This document shows, piece by piece, positions 31,482-41,452 of a stretch of 64,000 nucleotides of DNA; the stretch's first letter is position 1, and every line of letters starts with the position of its first letter. The DNA comes from an uncultured Coxiellaceae bacterium (GTDB lineage: Bacteria; Pseudomonadota; Gammaproteobacteria; Diplorickettsiales; Diplorickettsiaceae), in contig CAYUIV010000001.1 of assembly GCA_964444925.1 (NCBI GenBank), positions 73,952 through 137,951 on the forward strand, read 5' to 3'. The translations under genes and the position numbers were made by a program. The notes under the pieces are model-generated. The model saw only the letters and a program-made list of their open reading frames with translations. It had not been told where the DNA came from and ran no database searches.

Positions 31482-32519
31482 TTGAAAAATTTCTTTTATA
31501 AAAGCTATATTCTTTGGCTTAAGAAAAAAATTACGGCTTTTTTTACTTATATTAAAAACGTTAATTTCTTCAGACTCTATCCTACTTTTCCTTTGCTTTC
31601 TAGAAAATATTTTTTTGTACAGTTTCTTTTAAATGGACTGCTCTGTTGGATATTATCAGGTATTTTGATTACACCAAAAGAAGTTGCTGTTGTGATGACG
31701 AGGATGGGAAAATTTTATCAACTTTCTAAAAGTAATGTGCATTGGTACATGCGTTTTATTGATAAACCACTTAAAGTAGATCTTGGCGTAAAAACACGTT
31801 TTCTTACTATCCCTTTTGCATTTACAAAAGAAAAAGCCTTAGTGAGTGCAAAGTTAATGTTTGACTATCAAGTTGAAGACGCTTATCAGTTTTTATCGTC
31901 TCATCAAAATCCAATACAGTATCTTCACGATTTAATTCTTAGTCACCTTCACGACACTATTAGCCGATATACGACAACAGAGCTATTACAACCTCAGGTA
32001 ATACAACATGCACAACACAATATTAAACTCATGATCGATGCAGCACTTGCTCAGCATCCTTTGGGGTTAATAGTTCAAAAAATTACTATTCTTCAGTGTT
32101 CAATGCCTTCGGAACTACAAAAAGAACTAAAATCGTTGCAAAAAGTGTATCAAGAAACTGAGCAACTAGAACTAGATGAGAAAAAGAAACAGGACACTAT
32201 ACAACATGAACTAGAGCTTTACGCACAGCAAAAGCTAGAAGCTGCTCAAGCTGAGCATCATCAAATTATATCAAACGCACAATCTGATATTAATCACTTC
32301 TTAAATTTACTGCCCTATTATGAAAAAGAGCCAAAGTTAACAGTACAACGGCTGTACTTTGACATGATAGAATCGATTCTAAAGCATCATCCAAAAGTGG
32401 TATTTATCGGTAAGGGTATAGACAAAAATACGCAACCAGCATGGCAAATTTCTATTAATACGCTCTTAGATAAGATATCTGAAACAAAGACCGAATCTTT
32501 GGTACAAAACAAAAATTGA
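31482..32519 (+). CDS. hflK: Protease modulator HflK (band 7/SPFH); the start codon is uncertain
   Basis: TM helix, then an SPFH core ILITPKEVAVVMTRMGKFYQL matching HflK YTIKEAERGVVTRFGKFSHLV. C-terminus VQRLYFDMIESILKHHPKVVF matches RERLYIETMEKVLGNTRKVLV. Follows hflX. Confidence 0.75.
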   Translation: MKNFFYKSYILWLKKKITAFFTYIKNVNFFRLYPTFPLLSRKYFFVQFLLNGLLCWILSGILITPKEVAVVMTRMGKFYQLSKSNVHWYMRFIDKPLKVDLGVKTRFLTIPFAFTKEKALVSAKLMFDYQVEDAYQFLSSHQNPIQYLHDLILSHLHDTISRYTTTELLQPQVIQHAQHNIKLMIDAALAQHPLGLIVQKITILQCSMPSELQKELKSLQKVYQETEQLELDEKKKQDTIQHELELYAQQKLEAAQAEHHQIISNAQSDINHFLNLLPYYEKEPKLTVQRLYFDMIESILKHHPKVVFIGKGIDKNTQPAWQISINTLLDKISETKTESLVQNKN

Positions 32520-33382
32520 TCTATCATCTTATGATAAAAAATATTCAAGGTTTTTTAAGTGTTGTATTCTGTACGCTACTGACAACACTGTATTTTAATG
32601 GATGTATTGTGTATGAAACAGAAAATGCAGTACGCTTATCTTTTATTCCTTTTTATTCAAGAAAAATACAAAGGCAATTCATTGAAAAACCCGGTGTTTA
32701 CTTTACTATACCTTTTTGGAGTAAAATCATTAAATGGAATAAGAATACACAATACACCCTATGCAAATCCGTTCCACTTAGCTATTTGAAGGAAAAGAAT
32801 GAGACCTTAGTCGATATTGGTATCACATGGCGCGTCATAGATACCATTCAATACAGTTTTTTAGTAGAAAAAAATTATCCCCAACCTATCTTCTTATTGA
32901 GAAATTGGCTAGACGATTTTTTCAAAAAAAGATACATTACTCACCATAGTGTTAATAGTCTAAAAGAATACTTAATACAACAAGCCAGCTCTAAAGGCAT
33001 AGAAGTCATTGATTGTCATATCATACAAAAAGTACCAACTGCAGTATCAAGAAAAATGATTTTGAAACAAATGATTTCAATGCAAGAAAAATCTATGCAG
33101 CAGGTTTTAAAAGAAAGTCAAAAACACATCCACTTAATAAAAAATCGTATCAATAGCCAAAAAACTATTGATTTGACACGTATTGATGCAAAGGCTGAGA
33201 GAATTAGACAAGAAGGAATATTAACAGCAACACGTTTATATAACGAAGCTTACAAAAAAAATCCAAGATTTGCTCTTATTTATCAACGTTTAAAAAGTTA
33301 TGAGCGAGGATTTGCAAATCAAGCATCAAAAGATACCGTTGTTTTTAATACAGATGAGTCATTTTCGACATCAATGCATTGA
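32516..33382 (+). CDS. hflC: Protease modulator HflC (band 7/SPFH)
   Basis: TM helix and SPFH domain. The C-terminal AERIRQEGILTATRLYNEAYKKNPRFALIYQRLKSYERGF matches the HflC C-terminus. It overlaps hflK by 4 nt. Confidence 0.7.
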   Translation: MIYHLMIKNIQGFLSVVFCTLLTTLYFNGCIVYETENAVRLSFIPFYSRKIQRQFIEKPGVYFTIPFWSKIIKWNKNTQYTLCKSVPLSYLKEKNETLVDIGITWRVIDTIQYSFLVEKNYPQPIFLLRNWLDDFFKKRYITHHSVNSLKEYLIQQASSKGIEVIDCHIIQKVPTAVSRKMILKQMISMQEKSMQQVLKESQKHIHLIKNRINSQKTIDLTRIDAKAERIRQEGILTATRLYNEAYKKNPRFALIYQRLKSYERGFANQASKDTVVFNTDESFSTSMH

Positions 33383-34194
33383 TGTCTATGTCTCACTGTC
33401 TTGTCACGTATTTTGATCAAACGGCAAAAGATTACAATCAGCATGCCTTCATTCCAAAATTAATAGCAAAGAATTTATTTGAGCGGTTGGATTTATACGA
33501 TTTTTTCACTCCCCAACGTATTCTTGATCTTGGTTGTGGAACGGGATTTTGTCTACAGTTACTAGAAAATCGCTATCCAAAAGCAGAACTATATGGTTTG
33601 GATCTATCCCATGCTGTCTTAAAAAGAATACAAAAGGATTTGGAGAATTTTCCGAAGTTGATACAAGCAGATCTTGAACAGATACCGATTGCACCAGCTC
33701 AATTTGATTTAATTTGTGCAAGCTTATCAATGATGTGGATAAAAGATCTGCCTTCTTGTTTCAAAAAAATTTATCGTCTTTTAAAACCTAATGGTCTTTT
33801 TTTGATGACCAGCTTAGGACTAGACACATTTAAAGAAATAAATTGCCATCAAAAAACATTTACCCTATATCCTCACGCGTTTTACGATATGCACACGATA
33901 GGTGATTTTTTAGTCAATACTGCTTGGCAAGATATTGTATTGGATACACATGTTTTACAAACAAACTATTCTACTTTATACGCTTTTAAAGATGAGATAA
34001 AAAAATTAGGATTAGATAATTTGTTCGTGAATCACGATCCATATTCTCTAAAAAAAGTAAATTTTCAAAGCCAAAAATTTTCTGTCACGTGGGAGATTAT
34101 ATATAGTCAAGCGTGGAAAAAATTAACACAAAAAACTTCAGATGATTTAGAACAAGTCTTTATTCCAATAACAGCGATAAAACGTTCATTATAA
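33379..34194 (+). CDS. bioC: SAM-dependent methyltransferase, BioC-like (putative malonyl-ACP O-methyltransferase)
   Basis: Motif I ILDLGCGTG followed by post-I GLDLS. FDLICASLSMMW matches BioC FDLAWSNLAVQW. KIYRLLKPNGLFLMTSLG matches ELYRVVRPKGVVAFTTLV. It overlaps the hflC stop by 4 nt. Confidence 0.5.
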   Translation: MMSMSHCLVTYFDQTAKDYNQHAFIPKLIAKNLFERLDLYDFFTPQRILDLGCGTGFCLQLLENRYPKAELYGLDLSHAVLKRIQKDLENFPKLIQADLEQIPIAPAQFDLICASLSMMWIKDLPSCFKKIYRLLKPNGLFLMTSLGLDTFKEINCHQKTFTLYPHAFYDMHTIGDFLVNTAWQDIVLDTHVLQTNYSTLYAFKDEIKKLGLDNLFVNHDPYSLKKVNFQSQKFSVTWEIIYSQAWKKLTQKTSDDLEQVFIPITAIKRSL

Positions 34195-34205
34195 AAGGAT
34201 AATTG

Positions 34206-35930
34206 CTATAAACACATCAAATTTTTAATTTTCAGTTGAAGCTCTTTTTTGCCTAACCATTCATTAACGAGTAGATGGTAAACAGCGTGTACAGATCTTA
34301 CACGCGAGTTAGGCCATTGCTCTAAATCAACATTGAAAAAGATCCCTTTAAAGTAATGCTCTGTACCTGGTAGTTTTAAAAGAAGTTTTAAATGTTTTCT
34401 ACCCACAATCGTTTGTGAAATAACTTCAAAATGATTATCAAACAATGGTTCTTCAAAACCTTGACCCCAAGGACCAGCAGAAGCAATTAGCATTGCAAGT
34501 GATAATGTTAATTCTTTAGCAGTGAGCGACCCATCTGTTTTGATAGTATTTTGAGACGGTAGCTTTTTTAATTGTTGCTGTATATTTTCTTCGAAGCGTT
34601 TTTTAAAGGTTGGATAATGTTTTTTTTCGAGTGTTAAACCAGCTGCTGCAGCATGTCCACCGAAACGAGAAAGTAAAAGTGGGTTTTTGATTGCAATGTC
34701 GGCAAGTACATCTCTAATATGAATGCCCGTAATCGATCGTGCCGAACCTTTTAGTTCTTCTGCGTGATTACCCGGTGCAAACACAACCGTTGGTTTTTTC
34801 CATTTTTCTTTAATACGACCAGCTAAAAGTCCAGTGATACCTTGATGCCATGAAGGATCGAATAAACAAATTCCGGTGCTATTGTCTGCTACATTGAGCT
34901 TACTTAAAAGATAGAATGCCTCTTTTTGCATTGTTTGTTCAATGATTTTACGCTCTTGATTTAATTCTTCTAAATGCTGAGCTAATTCAACTGCTTTTTG
35001 CATGTCATGTGTCAGTAAACATTCAATGCCTAAAGACATATCCTGTAATCGTCCCGCAGCGTTGAGGCGAGGTGCAATAAAAAAACTTAGATCACTGGCA
35101 GTGCTTTTTTCTAGGTTAAAATTTGAAAGTCGGGCCAGTGCTTTAATACCAGCTCGCGTTTGAGAGGCACGTATCTTCTTAAGACCTTGATAGACTAGAA
35201 TTCGATTATTACGATCGAAAGGAACCATATCTGCTGTAGTTCCCAATGCCACCAAATCTAAAAAACTATTCATGGCAGGATAGGTAATGTTTTGGTCATC
35301 AAACCAACTGCTTTTCTTTAACAGTGCTCGAGTTGCAAGCATCACATAAAATGCAACTCCAACACCTGCTAAATTTTTACTTAGAAAATGGTCTCCTGCT
35401 TGTTGGGGATTAACAATGGCTTGTGCTTTTGGTAAAGTTTCAGGCGGTAAATGATGATCAGTAATTAATACTTTAGCACCACCTTGTTGTGCATAAAGCA
35501 CTCCTTGGTGGCTAGAAATCCCATTATCAACCGTCATAATTAAGTCAGGTATTTCAATCCCTTCTAAAATTTCAGGTGTTAGTCCATAACCGTATTTAAA
35601 ACGATTGGGTACAATATATTGAACGTATTGGGCACCAAAACTTTTCAATGCAAGGACAGCCAAAGCGGTACTTGATGCCCCGTCTGTATCAAAATCTCCA
35701 ACAATCAAAATCTTTTTTTGCTGAATAATTGCGTGACATAGTAAATGGGCAGCAACATGAATATCTTTTAATGATTGAAAATGTAGAAGATGATGTAATG
35801 CGTAGTCTAGCTCATGTGAAGATTGAATTTGTCGAGCAGCGTAAATTCTTTCAAGCACGAGAGGTAACTGTAAGCCTTGCAGATCAGCGATAGCTAAATG
35901 TTTAGAATGTTCAATAACAAAAGATTGCAT
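34206..35930 (-). CDS. recJ: Single-stranded-DNA-specific exonuclease RecJ
   Basis: DHH motifs (ILIVGDFDTDGASS; …ITDHH) and a DHHA1 region with GGHAAAAG. 574 aa. Confidence 0.9.
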   Translation of the reverse strand: MQSFVIEHSKHLAIADLQGLQLPLVLERIYAARQIQSSHELDYALHHLLHFQSLKDIHVAAHLLCHAIIQQKKILIVGDFDTDGASSTALAVLALKSFGAQYVQYIVPNRFKYGYGLTPEILEGIEIPDLIMTVDNGISSHQGVLYAQQGGAKVLITDHHLPPETLPKAQAIVNPQQAGDHFLSKNLAGVGVAFYVMLATRALLKKSSWFDDQNITYPAMNSFLDLVALGTTADMVPFDRNNRILVYQGLKKIRASQTRAGIKALARLSNFNLEKSTASDLSFFIAPRLNAAGRLQDMSLGIECLLTHDMQKAVELAQHLEELNQERKIIEQTMQKEAFYLLSKLNVADNSTGICLFDPSWHQGITGLLAGRIKEKWKKPTVVFAPGNHAEELKGSARSITGIHIRDVLADIAIKNPLLLSRFGGHAAAAGLTLEKKHYPTFKKRFEENIQQQLKKLPSQNTIKTDGSLTAKELTLSLAMLIASAGPWGQGFEEPLFDNHFEVISQTIVGRKHLKLLLKLPGTEHYFKGIFFNVDLEQWPNSRVRSVHAVYHLLVNEWLGKKELQLKIKNLMCL

Positions 35931-36529
35931 ATGTGATCTTTTTTAAAACAAGAAATTCTTGCCTAGGATGAATAGCAAAACGTCATACCACAAGTTTAAT
36001 TTCAGCACTATCTTACCTTATAAGTTTACAGTAATAATATTGCGTTTTGTGCTGCTCGCGACACGATTGTATTCTATTTGACAAGATATTTTTCAAATTT
36101 GGGAAAAATTTATCACAATGAATTTGATACATTTGTTTTTTATATCAGTTTTTACTCTCTTTTTTAGTAGATATGCTAGCTGATTAGTAAAGAGAAACTT
36201 GCCATAGCAGCGTATTTTGGCTATAAAAACGTTCTGACTCTTTGTTTTTCAAGCAAATTTTTCATTGTAATATTTTTATTTTATACGCTCAAAATATCAA
36301 CCTACCCTTTTCTAGCCTGTCAAAATATTTTATAGAGCATGCTTCTCTTTAAAAAAGTAGTAGGATGCTTGATATACATGCTATTCTTTCTTTACATTTT
36401 TTAACATAAAACGTTATTTCAAATAATATATAAAATTGAGTCTAGCAAAATCGAGAAGTAAAAAATACTCGTTTTCACCATAAATGTTATTCATAAAACC
36501 TAAAATTTTAATCTATTTTTTAAGTAAAA

Positions 36530-37225
36530 ATGTTGGCAACGACAAAAAAATTATCTTTTAAAACAACAAAGGCTTTACTTCTACTTATTTTCTTAACTTG
36601 TAGTTGTTTAATACAGGCAAATCTTGCACCCAGCTATTTTGTCTTTGCCAAACAGCTACGAACTAATAGCCCGTTAGAAAGTTTAACAAGTGTAATAGAC
36701 AATCAACCAAATTCGTATCACATAGGATTAAAATGGATTTTACTTGAGAAAAATGCATATTTTGTGGAGTTGCCTGTACTGTTCTATTTACCGTATATCC
36801 AAAAAAAAGAGAGTTTGAGATATTTGGTAGAAGAAGAAAGAATAACAGGTAAAAAAATACTAGAGGTACAAGATAAAACACGTGAGCGCTTTAGAATTTC
36901 ACTGATCAATAATATACGCATTTTGAACAATTTATATTTTAAAGTGGGAGGCGTCTTGCAGTACGATACTATAAAATATGAACATCAGTGTTTTAGACAG
37001 GATAACAAGAGAGATACATACAAAGACATAGGATTGATTGTAGGATTACACTTTTTGTTTCCAACAATCAAAAGTGTAGATATTTCTTTATTAGGTTATC
37101 TCCCTATTCTCGGAAAAAGCACTGTATTTAATGCATATCAAGAATGTGTTTATGATACAAGTTGGTCAAATATTTTGAAAAATAGAAAAGCGCTATCTCT
37201 TCATGTTAACCTTAAAATTTTTTAA
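36530..37225 (+). CDS. Hypothetical secreted protein, putative small outer-membrane beta-barrel (paralog A)
   Basis: N-terminal signal peptide (LLLLIFLTCSCLIQA|NLAP). Alternating hydrophobic pattern. C-terminus …LHVNLKIF ends in Phe as in OMP beta-barrel signatures. Paralogous to the 37590-38267 product (FVELPVLFY / FFELPIIFHG; YFKVGGVLQYD / FYVKVGSAFTCIED). Confidence 0.4.
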   Translation: MLATTKKLSFKTTKALLLLIFLTCSCLIQANLAPSYFVFAKQLRTNSPLESLTSVIDNQPNSYHIGLKWILLEKNAYFVELPVLFYLPYIQKKESLRYLVEEERITGKKILEVQDKTRERFRISLINNIRILNNLYFKVGGVLQYDTIKYEHQCFRQDNKRDTYKDIGLIVGLHFLFPTIKSVDISLLGYLPILGKSTVFNAYQECVYDTSWSNILKNRKALSLHVNLKIF

Positions 37226-37589
37226 TTAAACCTAAATTATTCTTTGAACGCATTACAAATTTTTGCAAAAGAGATAGTGTGTTTTATTGAGTAAACACTT
37301 TTATTTCTTCTGAGCACAACTTTTAACATGATGAAGTCTTTTTTCCATCTTTAAAGAATATACTTTAATATATTGTTTACCATTTTTTCAACGAAAGCAG
37401 TGACTTAAGCAAAACGTTTGCCACCAGTCAATAATCTTTTTTCAGAAGTGGTATGGTGTGCCGTAACAATAGTAATATTGTAGGTCTTCGACTCTTTTTA
37501 TCATAAGCAATGTCAGCTAGAATAGCTGCTTACACTATTTATACTTTTTAAAAATTAAAGTTAAAATTGTAATATAGTTTAACGAATAC

Positions 37590-38267
37590 ATGCGAGATAA
37601 GATACTGTTTAACGATTTATTTAAGAGACGCTATGGCATACAAAAACAAATAATTGCCCTCATGAAGCATTTCATTTTATTTCTATGCATTTTTTTTTTC
37701 ATAAATGATTTGACGTATGCTAATTCTCAAACAGGATACATAATTTTAGGCAGATTGTTCTGTAAAGAAGCACCTCCTTGGAAAAATCGCTGGAAATTTT
37801 TTCATGGTGGCGCTGGACTAGTTTTATATCAATCAAAAACACATTTTTTTGAATTACCTATCATTTTTCATGGGCAAGATCATACAATCAATCCGATGCA
37901 AAATAATCCATCTACCGTGTCTATGGAAGTAAATAATTTTATTGTTGTCTCGGTGATGTATAACTTTCACATCGCAAAGCAGTTTTACGTAAAAGTAGGT
38001 AGCGCTTTTACATGCATCGAAGACATTACATTACAACCTAAGGGTACACAACAGACTAGCTTTACTGGACAACTGATAGGACCTGCTTTTGGAGTACATG
38101 CTCCTTGTCCCATGAAAAAGAATGTAACTATTTCCTTTGTCATGCATATTCCTATCCTTTCCAGACAAAAAGATTGCATGCGCTCGACTTGTTTTGATGT
38201 GTGGACCTTTGCAGTCAATCGTCGCGCTTTTTTTGCTTGTCTTAGTTTTAATTTCAACATTTCTTAG
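37590..38267 (+). CDS. Hypothetical secreted protein, paralog B of the 36530 product (probable real start at 37662, MKHFILFL…)
   Basis: Signal peptide MKHFILFLCIFFFINDLTYA|NSQ and the shared motifs listed for paralog A. No recognised domain. Confidence 0.35.
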   Translation: MRDKILFNDLFKRRYGIQKQIIALMKHFILFLCIFFFINDLTYANSQTGYIILGRLFCKEAPPWKNRWKFFHGGAGLVLYQSKTHFFELPIIFHGQDHTINPMQNNPSTVSMEVNNFIVVSVMYNFHIAKQFYVKVGSAFTCIEDITLQPKGTQQTSFTGQLIGPAFGVHAPCPMKKNVTISFVMHIPILSRQKDCMRSTCFDVWTFAVNRRAFFACLSFNFNIS

Positions 38268-38279
38268 GCAAGAGGATAA

Positions 38280-39296
38280 TCAGCAATACATATTGAAAGA
38301 GCAAGCTAATACGGCTAGTACAGTAGCGATAATAGTAAAACATCTGACTATTTCTTGCTCTTTCCAACCTTTTAACTCTAAATGATGATGAAAAGGTGCA
38401 ATTAAAAACAATCGTTGGCCTTTCCATTTGAAAAAAATAATTTGTAATATGACAGAAACAGTCTCCATAACAGGAATACCTACTATCACAGCAAACAATA
38501 TTTCTTTTCTAATCAAAATAGCAAACACAGCAAGTAGCGCACCAAAAGACAAAGAACCCGTATCTCCCATAAATACTTTTGCTGGGTACGCATTGAACCA
38601 AAGAAACCCCAAATGTGTTCCTAAAACAGCAGAACAAGCAATTAACAAATCTACTTTCTTAAATACAGGATCATGCTCTAGAGCAATAAAAAGGCTTAAG
38701 CTTAGCGTAATAATAACAATTTGCCATGTTGCTAATCCATCTAATCCATCCGTAAGATTAAAGGCATTGCTACTACCAATAATTATAAAATAAGCCCACA
38801 CAATAAAAAGCCATCCTAGATACAGATGATAGGAGCCGATGAAAAGATAAGAAAATACAGGGTGGTGTCGATAGATCAAAACAGCAATAAAAAAACTCAA
38901 TATAGATTGCAACAAATATTTTCTTTTAATTGTCAATCCCTTTTTTCTATGCCAATCTAATTTTAGATAATCATCTAAAAAACCAATGAATCCAAATCCT
39001 ATCAGTGTCAGCAACATCACTTGATTGACTAAACAAAAATGTGGATTCCAAAAGAAAATAACACAAAGGGAGATGCTAATCGTCAGTAACCCTCCCATAC
39101 TGGGTGTACCGACTTTCTTAAGATGCGATTTAGGCACGTAATCTCGGGTAGTACCATACTTTTGTCGTATCCGTAGCATTTTAATGCTAGCAGGTGCAAC
39201 TAGTAGCATTAGACTCAGTGCAGATAAAAAGCTCTTTAAAAAAGAAAGCAATAGATTAAGCTGAGCAGTCAGCATGGTTGTACTTGTAAAGTCCAT
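38280..39296 (-). CDS. mraY: Phospho-N-acetylmuramoyl-pentapeptide transferase
   Basis: Polytopic membrane protein. KVGTPSMGG matches MraY KRGTPTMGG. The …NAFNLTDGLDGLA… Asp-rich catalytic loop is present. Confidence 0.9.
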   Translation of the reverse strand: MDFTSTTMLTAQLNLLLSFLKSFLSALSLMLLVAPASIKMLRIRQKYGTTRDYVPKSHLKKVGTPSMGGLLTISISLCVIFFWNPHFCLVNQVMLLTLIGFGFIGFLDDYLKLDWHRKKGLTIKRKYLLQSILSFFIAVLIYRHHPVFSYLFIGSYHLYLGWLFIVWAYFIIIGSSNAFNLTDGLDGLATWQIVIITLSLSLFIALEHDPVFKKVDLLIACSAVLGTHLGFLWFNAYPAKVFMGDTGSLSFGALLAVFAILIRKEILFAVIVGIPVMETVSVILQIIFFKWKGQRLFLIAPFHHHLELKGWKEQEIVRCFTIIATVLAVLACSFNMYC

Positions 39297-39694
39297 GGAA
39301 CGAATGAGAGGTGCTAATATGCTATAAATATTATTTAGTATTTCTGATTAATCAAGTGCTACCAGCTGCTATACGACATTGCGTTACTTTATGTGTCCTA
39401 TAATAATTTCAAAATTTTGTCTAAGGTAGACTCAAAGCGTGTTTTATGAGAATCGTTTACTTCTCATACTCAATTAAAAAGCGTGTTTTTATTATATAGT
39501 CTGCTTACACTCTTCATCATATAAAAATGAACGTACGTTTTTCTTCATTTTTCTTGTAACTAGGAGTTTAGCTTTCTCTCAGATTTGTAAAGTAACTGTT
39601 CTCAAAGTACAAAATTGTGTTTTCTAATTAATTTCTTGCGATCAGCACAGAAAGAAAGCTCATTTGTTCAAGATATCAGTACATGCTTTTTTTA

Positions 39695-41038
39695 TTAAAG
39701 TGTTAATAAGGTATTAACAATATTTTCCATTTTTGCGGCACGTGATCCCTTAACCAAAATAGTGATATCTTTTTTCTCAAGGTACTGCTTGAGAGCTGCA
39801 ATTAGCCTTATTTGACTAGCAAAATGCTGACCATTTTTTCCAAATGTTTCACTGATATATTTTGAATCATTACCACAAGTAAAAACAGCATGAATATTAT
39901 ACTGTTTTGCCCACATCCCTACTCGATGGTGATAGTTTGCGCTTTCTTGACCTAGTTCGCTCATATCACCCATGACAAAAAGACGTTGACCAGACGTATA
40001 TGACAAAACGTGCAGTGCGGCGTGCACTGATTGTGGACTTGCGTTGTAGGTGTCATCTAAAATTTTAAAACCACTTTTACTATAGCGCTGCTGTAATCTG
40101 CCTGGCAAAGGTAGCATCGATTCCAATCCGGTTTTGATTCGTTCTAACGAAATACCCAGGATATGTGCTGTGGCTGCAGCTGCCAGTGCATTATCAATTT
40201 GATGTTGTCCTGGTAGTGTGAGCTGAACATTGATAGATCCTTTTGGCGTAGCAAGTACAAAAGTAAAACAATTGTTTGCATGACAGGCAATAGTGTGAGC
40301 TGATATCTCTGAAAAGACAGTTTGTCCAAAAGAAAGAACATTGTATTTAGGCATATGCTGTGGCCACATTTTAATAACCGACTCATGCACGATGCTCATC
40401 GCTGGTTTTTCTAATGTTTTAAATATCTCAGATTTTGCTTGAGCTGTCTTTTGCAAAGAACCAAAAGTTCCAATATGTGCAGAAGAAATGTTAAGTAGTA
40501 AGGCAATACTTGGTCTTGCAATGTGCGTAAGCCATGCAATTTCTCCAATTGCGTTTGCACCCATTTCAAGTAGCAAAAAGTGATGTGTACTATTTAATTG
40601 TAATAAAGTTAATGGTACACCGATTTCATTATTGAAGCTGCGTGGTGAAGCAAGTACAGGATGAGAACTAATTAAAATATTTTCTAAGTAATTTTTAGTT
40701 GTAGTTTTTCCGCAGCTACCGGTTATTCCAACGACCCAGGGAGATAATTGCGCTCTATGGTATTTTGCAATTAATCCTAACGCTTGCTTAGTATTTTTAA
40801 CTTTTAAATAAGGTATTAAACAACTGATATCCTTTTGTACAATAGCTGCAACCGCGCCTTTTTGAACCGCAGTTTCGAGAAAATGATGTCCATCAAATTG
40901 GTCCCCTTGAATAGCGATAAACAAAGATTTTGCTTGTAAAGTACGTGTGTCAATGCTGATGGAAGAGAAAGAAACATCAGTACCCTTGTAAGATATATTC
41001 AGTAGCTTTGCACAGGTAGATAAGCTATAAAATGACAT
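39695..41038 (-). CDS. murF: UDP-MurNAc-tripeptide--D-Ala-D-Ala ligase
   Basis: Mur ligase P-loop GITGSCGKTTTK and central and C-terminal Mur ligase domains. Precedes mraY on the same strand, as in dcw clusters, but with a 400-bp spacer. Confidence 0.85.
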   Translation of the reverse strand: MSFYSLSTCAKLLNISYKGTDVSFSSISIDTRTLQAKSLFIAIQGDQFDGHHFLETAVQKGAVAAIVQKDISCLIPYLKVKNTKQALGLIAKYHRAQLSPWVVGITGSCGKTTTKNYLENILISSHPVLASPRSFNNEIGVPLTLLQLNSTHHFLLLEMGANAIGEIAWLTHIARPSIALLLNISSAHIGTFGSLQKTAQAKSEIFKTLEKPAMSIVHESVIKMWPQHMPKYNVLSFGQTVFSEISAHTIACHANNCFTFVLATPKGSINVQLTLPGQHQIDNALAAAATAHILGISLERIKTGLESMLPLPGRLQQRYSKSGFKILDDTYNASPQSVHAALHVLSYTSGQRLFVMGDMSELGQESANYHHRVGMWAKQYNIHAVFTCGNDSKYISETFGKNGQHFASQIRLIAALKQYLEKKDITILVKGSRAAKMENIVNTLLTL

Positions 41039-41111
41039 CGTATGTGATTGAAAATTTTTAAATGTTTTTGAGATACCAATATTGTTTAGATAGCATGGTA
41101 CTGATGATATA

Positions 41112-41417
41112 TTGACTCATTTTATCAAAAACACTTTCTCTATGAAATTAACGGTGAGCTTAAGTCTATTATTTATCTTTTTACAAGTGAAAGTTTGGTA
41201 TGGTGCAGATAATATTTTTGAGCTTCAAGCACTTGACAATTTTATCTCACAGCAAACCATCATTAATGATCAACTTTTTAAAAGAAATCAACAATTAGAA
41301 AATACGATCGATCAATTAAAAAGTGAAGATTCCAATATACAAAATGCTTATATTGAAGATTATGCAAGATGGAAATTGAACATGGTCAAAACGGATGAAA
41401 TATTTTATTATTGGTGA
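41112..41417 (+). CDS. ftsB: Cell division protein FtsB (septum formation initiator)
   Basis: TM helix then coiled coil. Aligns with E. coli FtsB (LSLLFIFLQVKVWYGADN… / LLLAILVWLQYSLWFGKNG…; …EDYARWKLNMVKTDEIFY / EERARNELSMTRPGETFY). Confidence 0.7.
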   Translation: MTHFIKNTFSMKLTVSLSLLFIFLQVKVWYGADNIFELQALDNFISQQTIINDQLFKRNQQLENTIDQLKSEDSNIQNAYIEDYARWKLNMVKTDEIFYYW

Positions 41418-41452
41418 AGTCATTTATTACGATTCAGTAAAAAGAGTCAATT

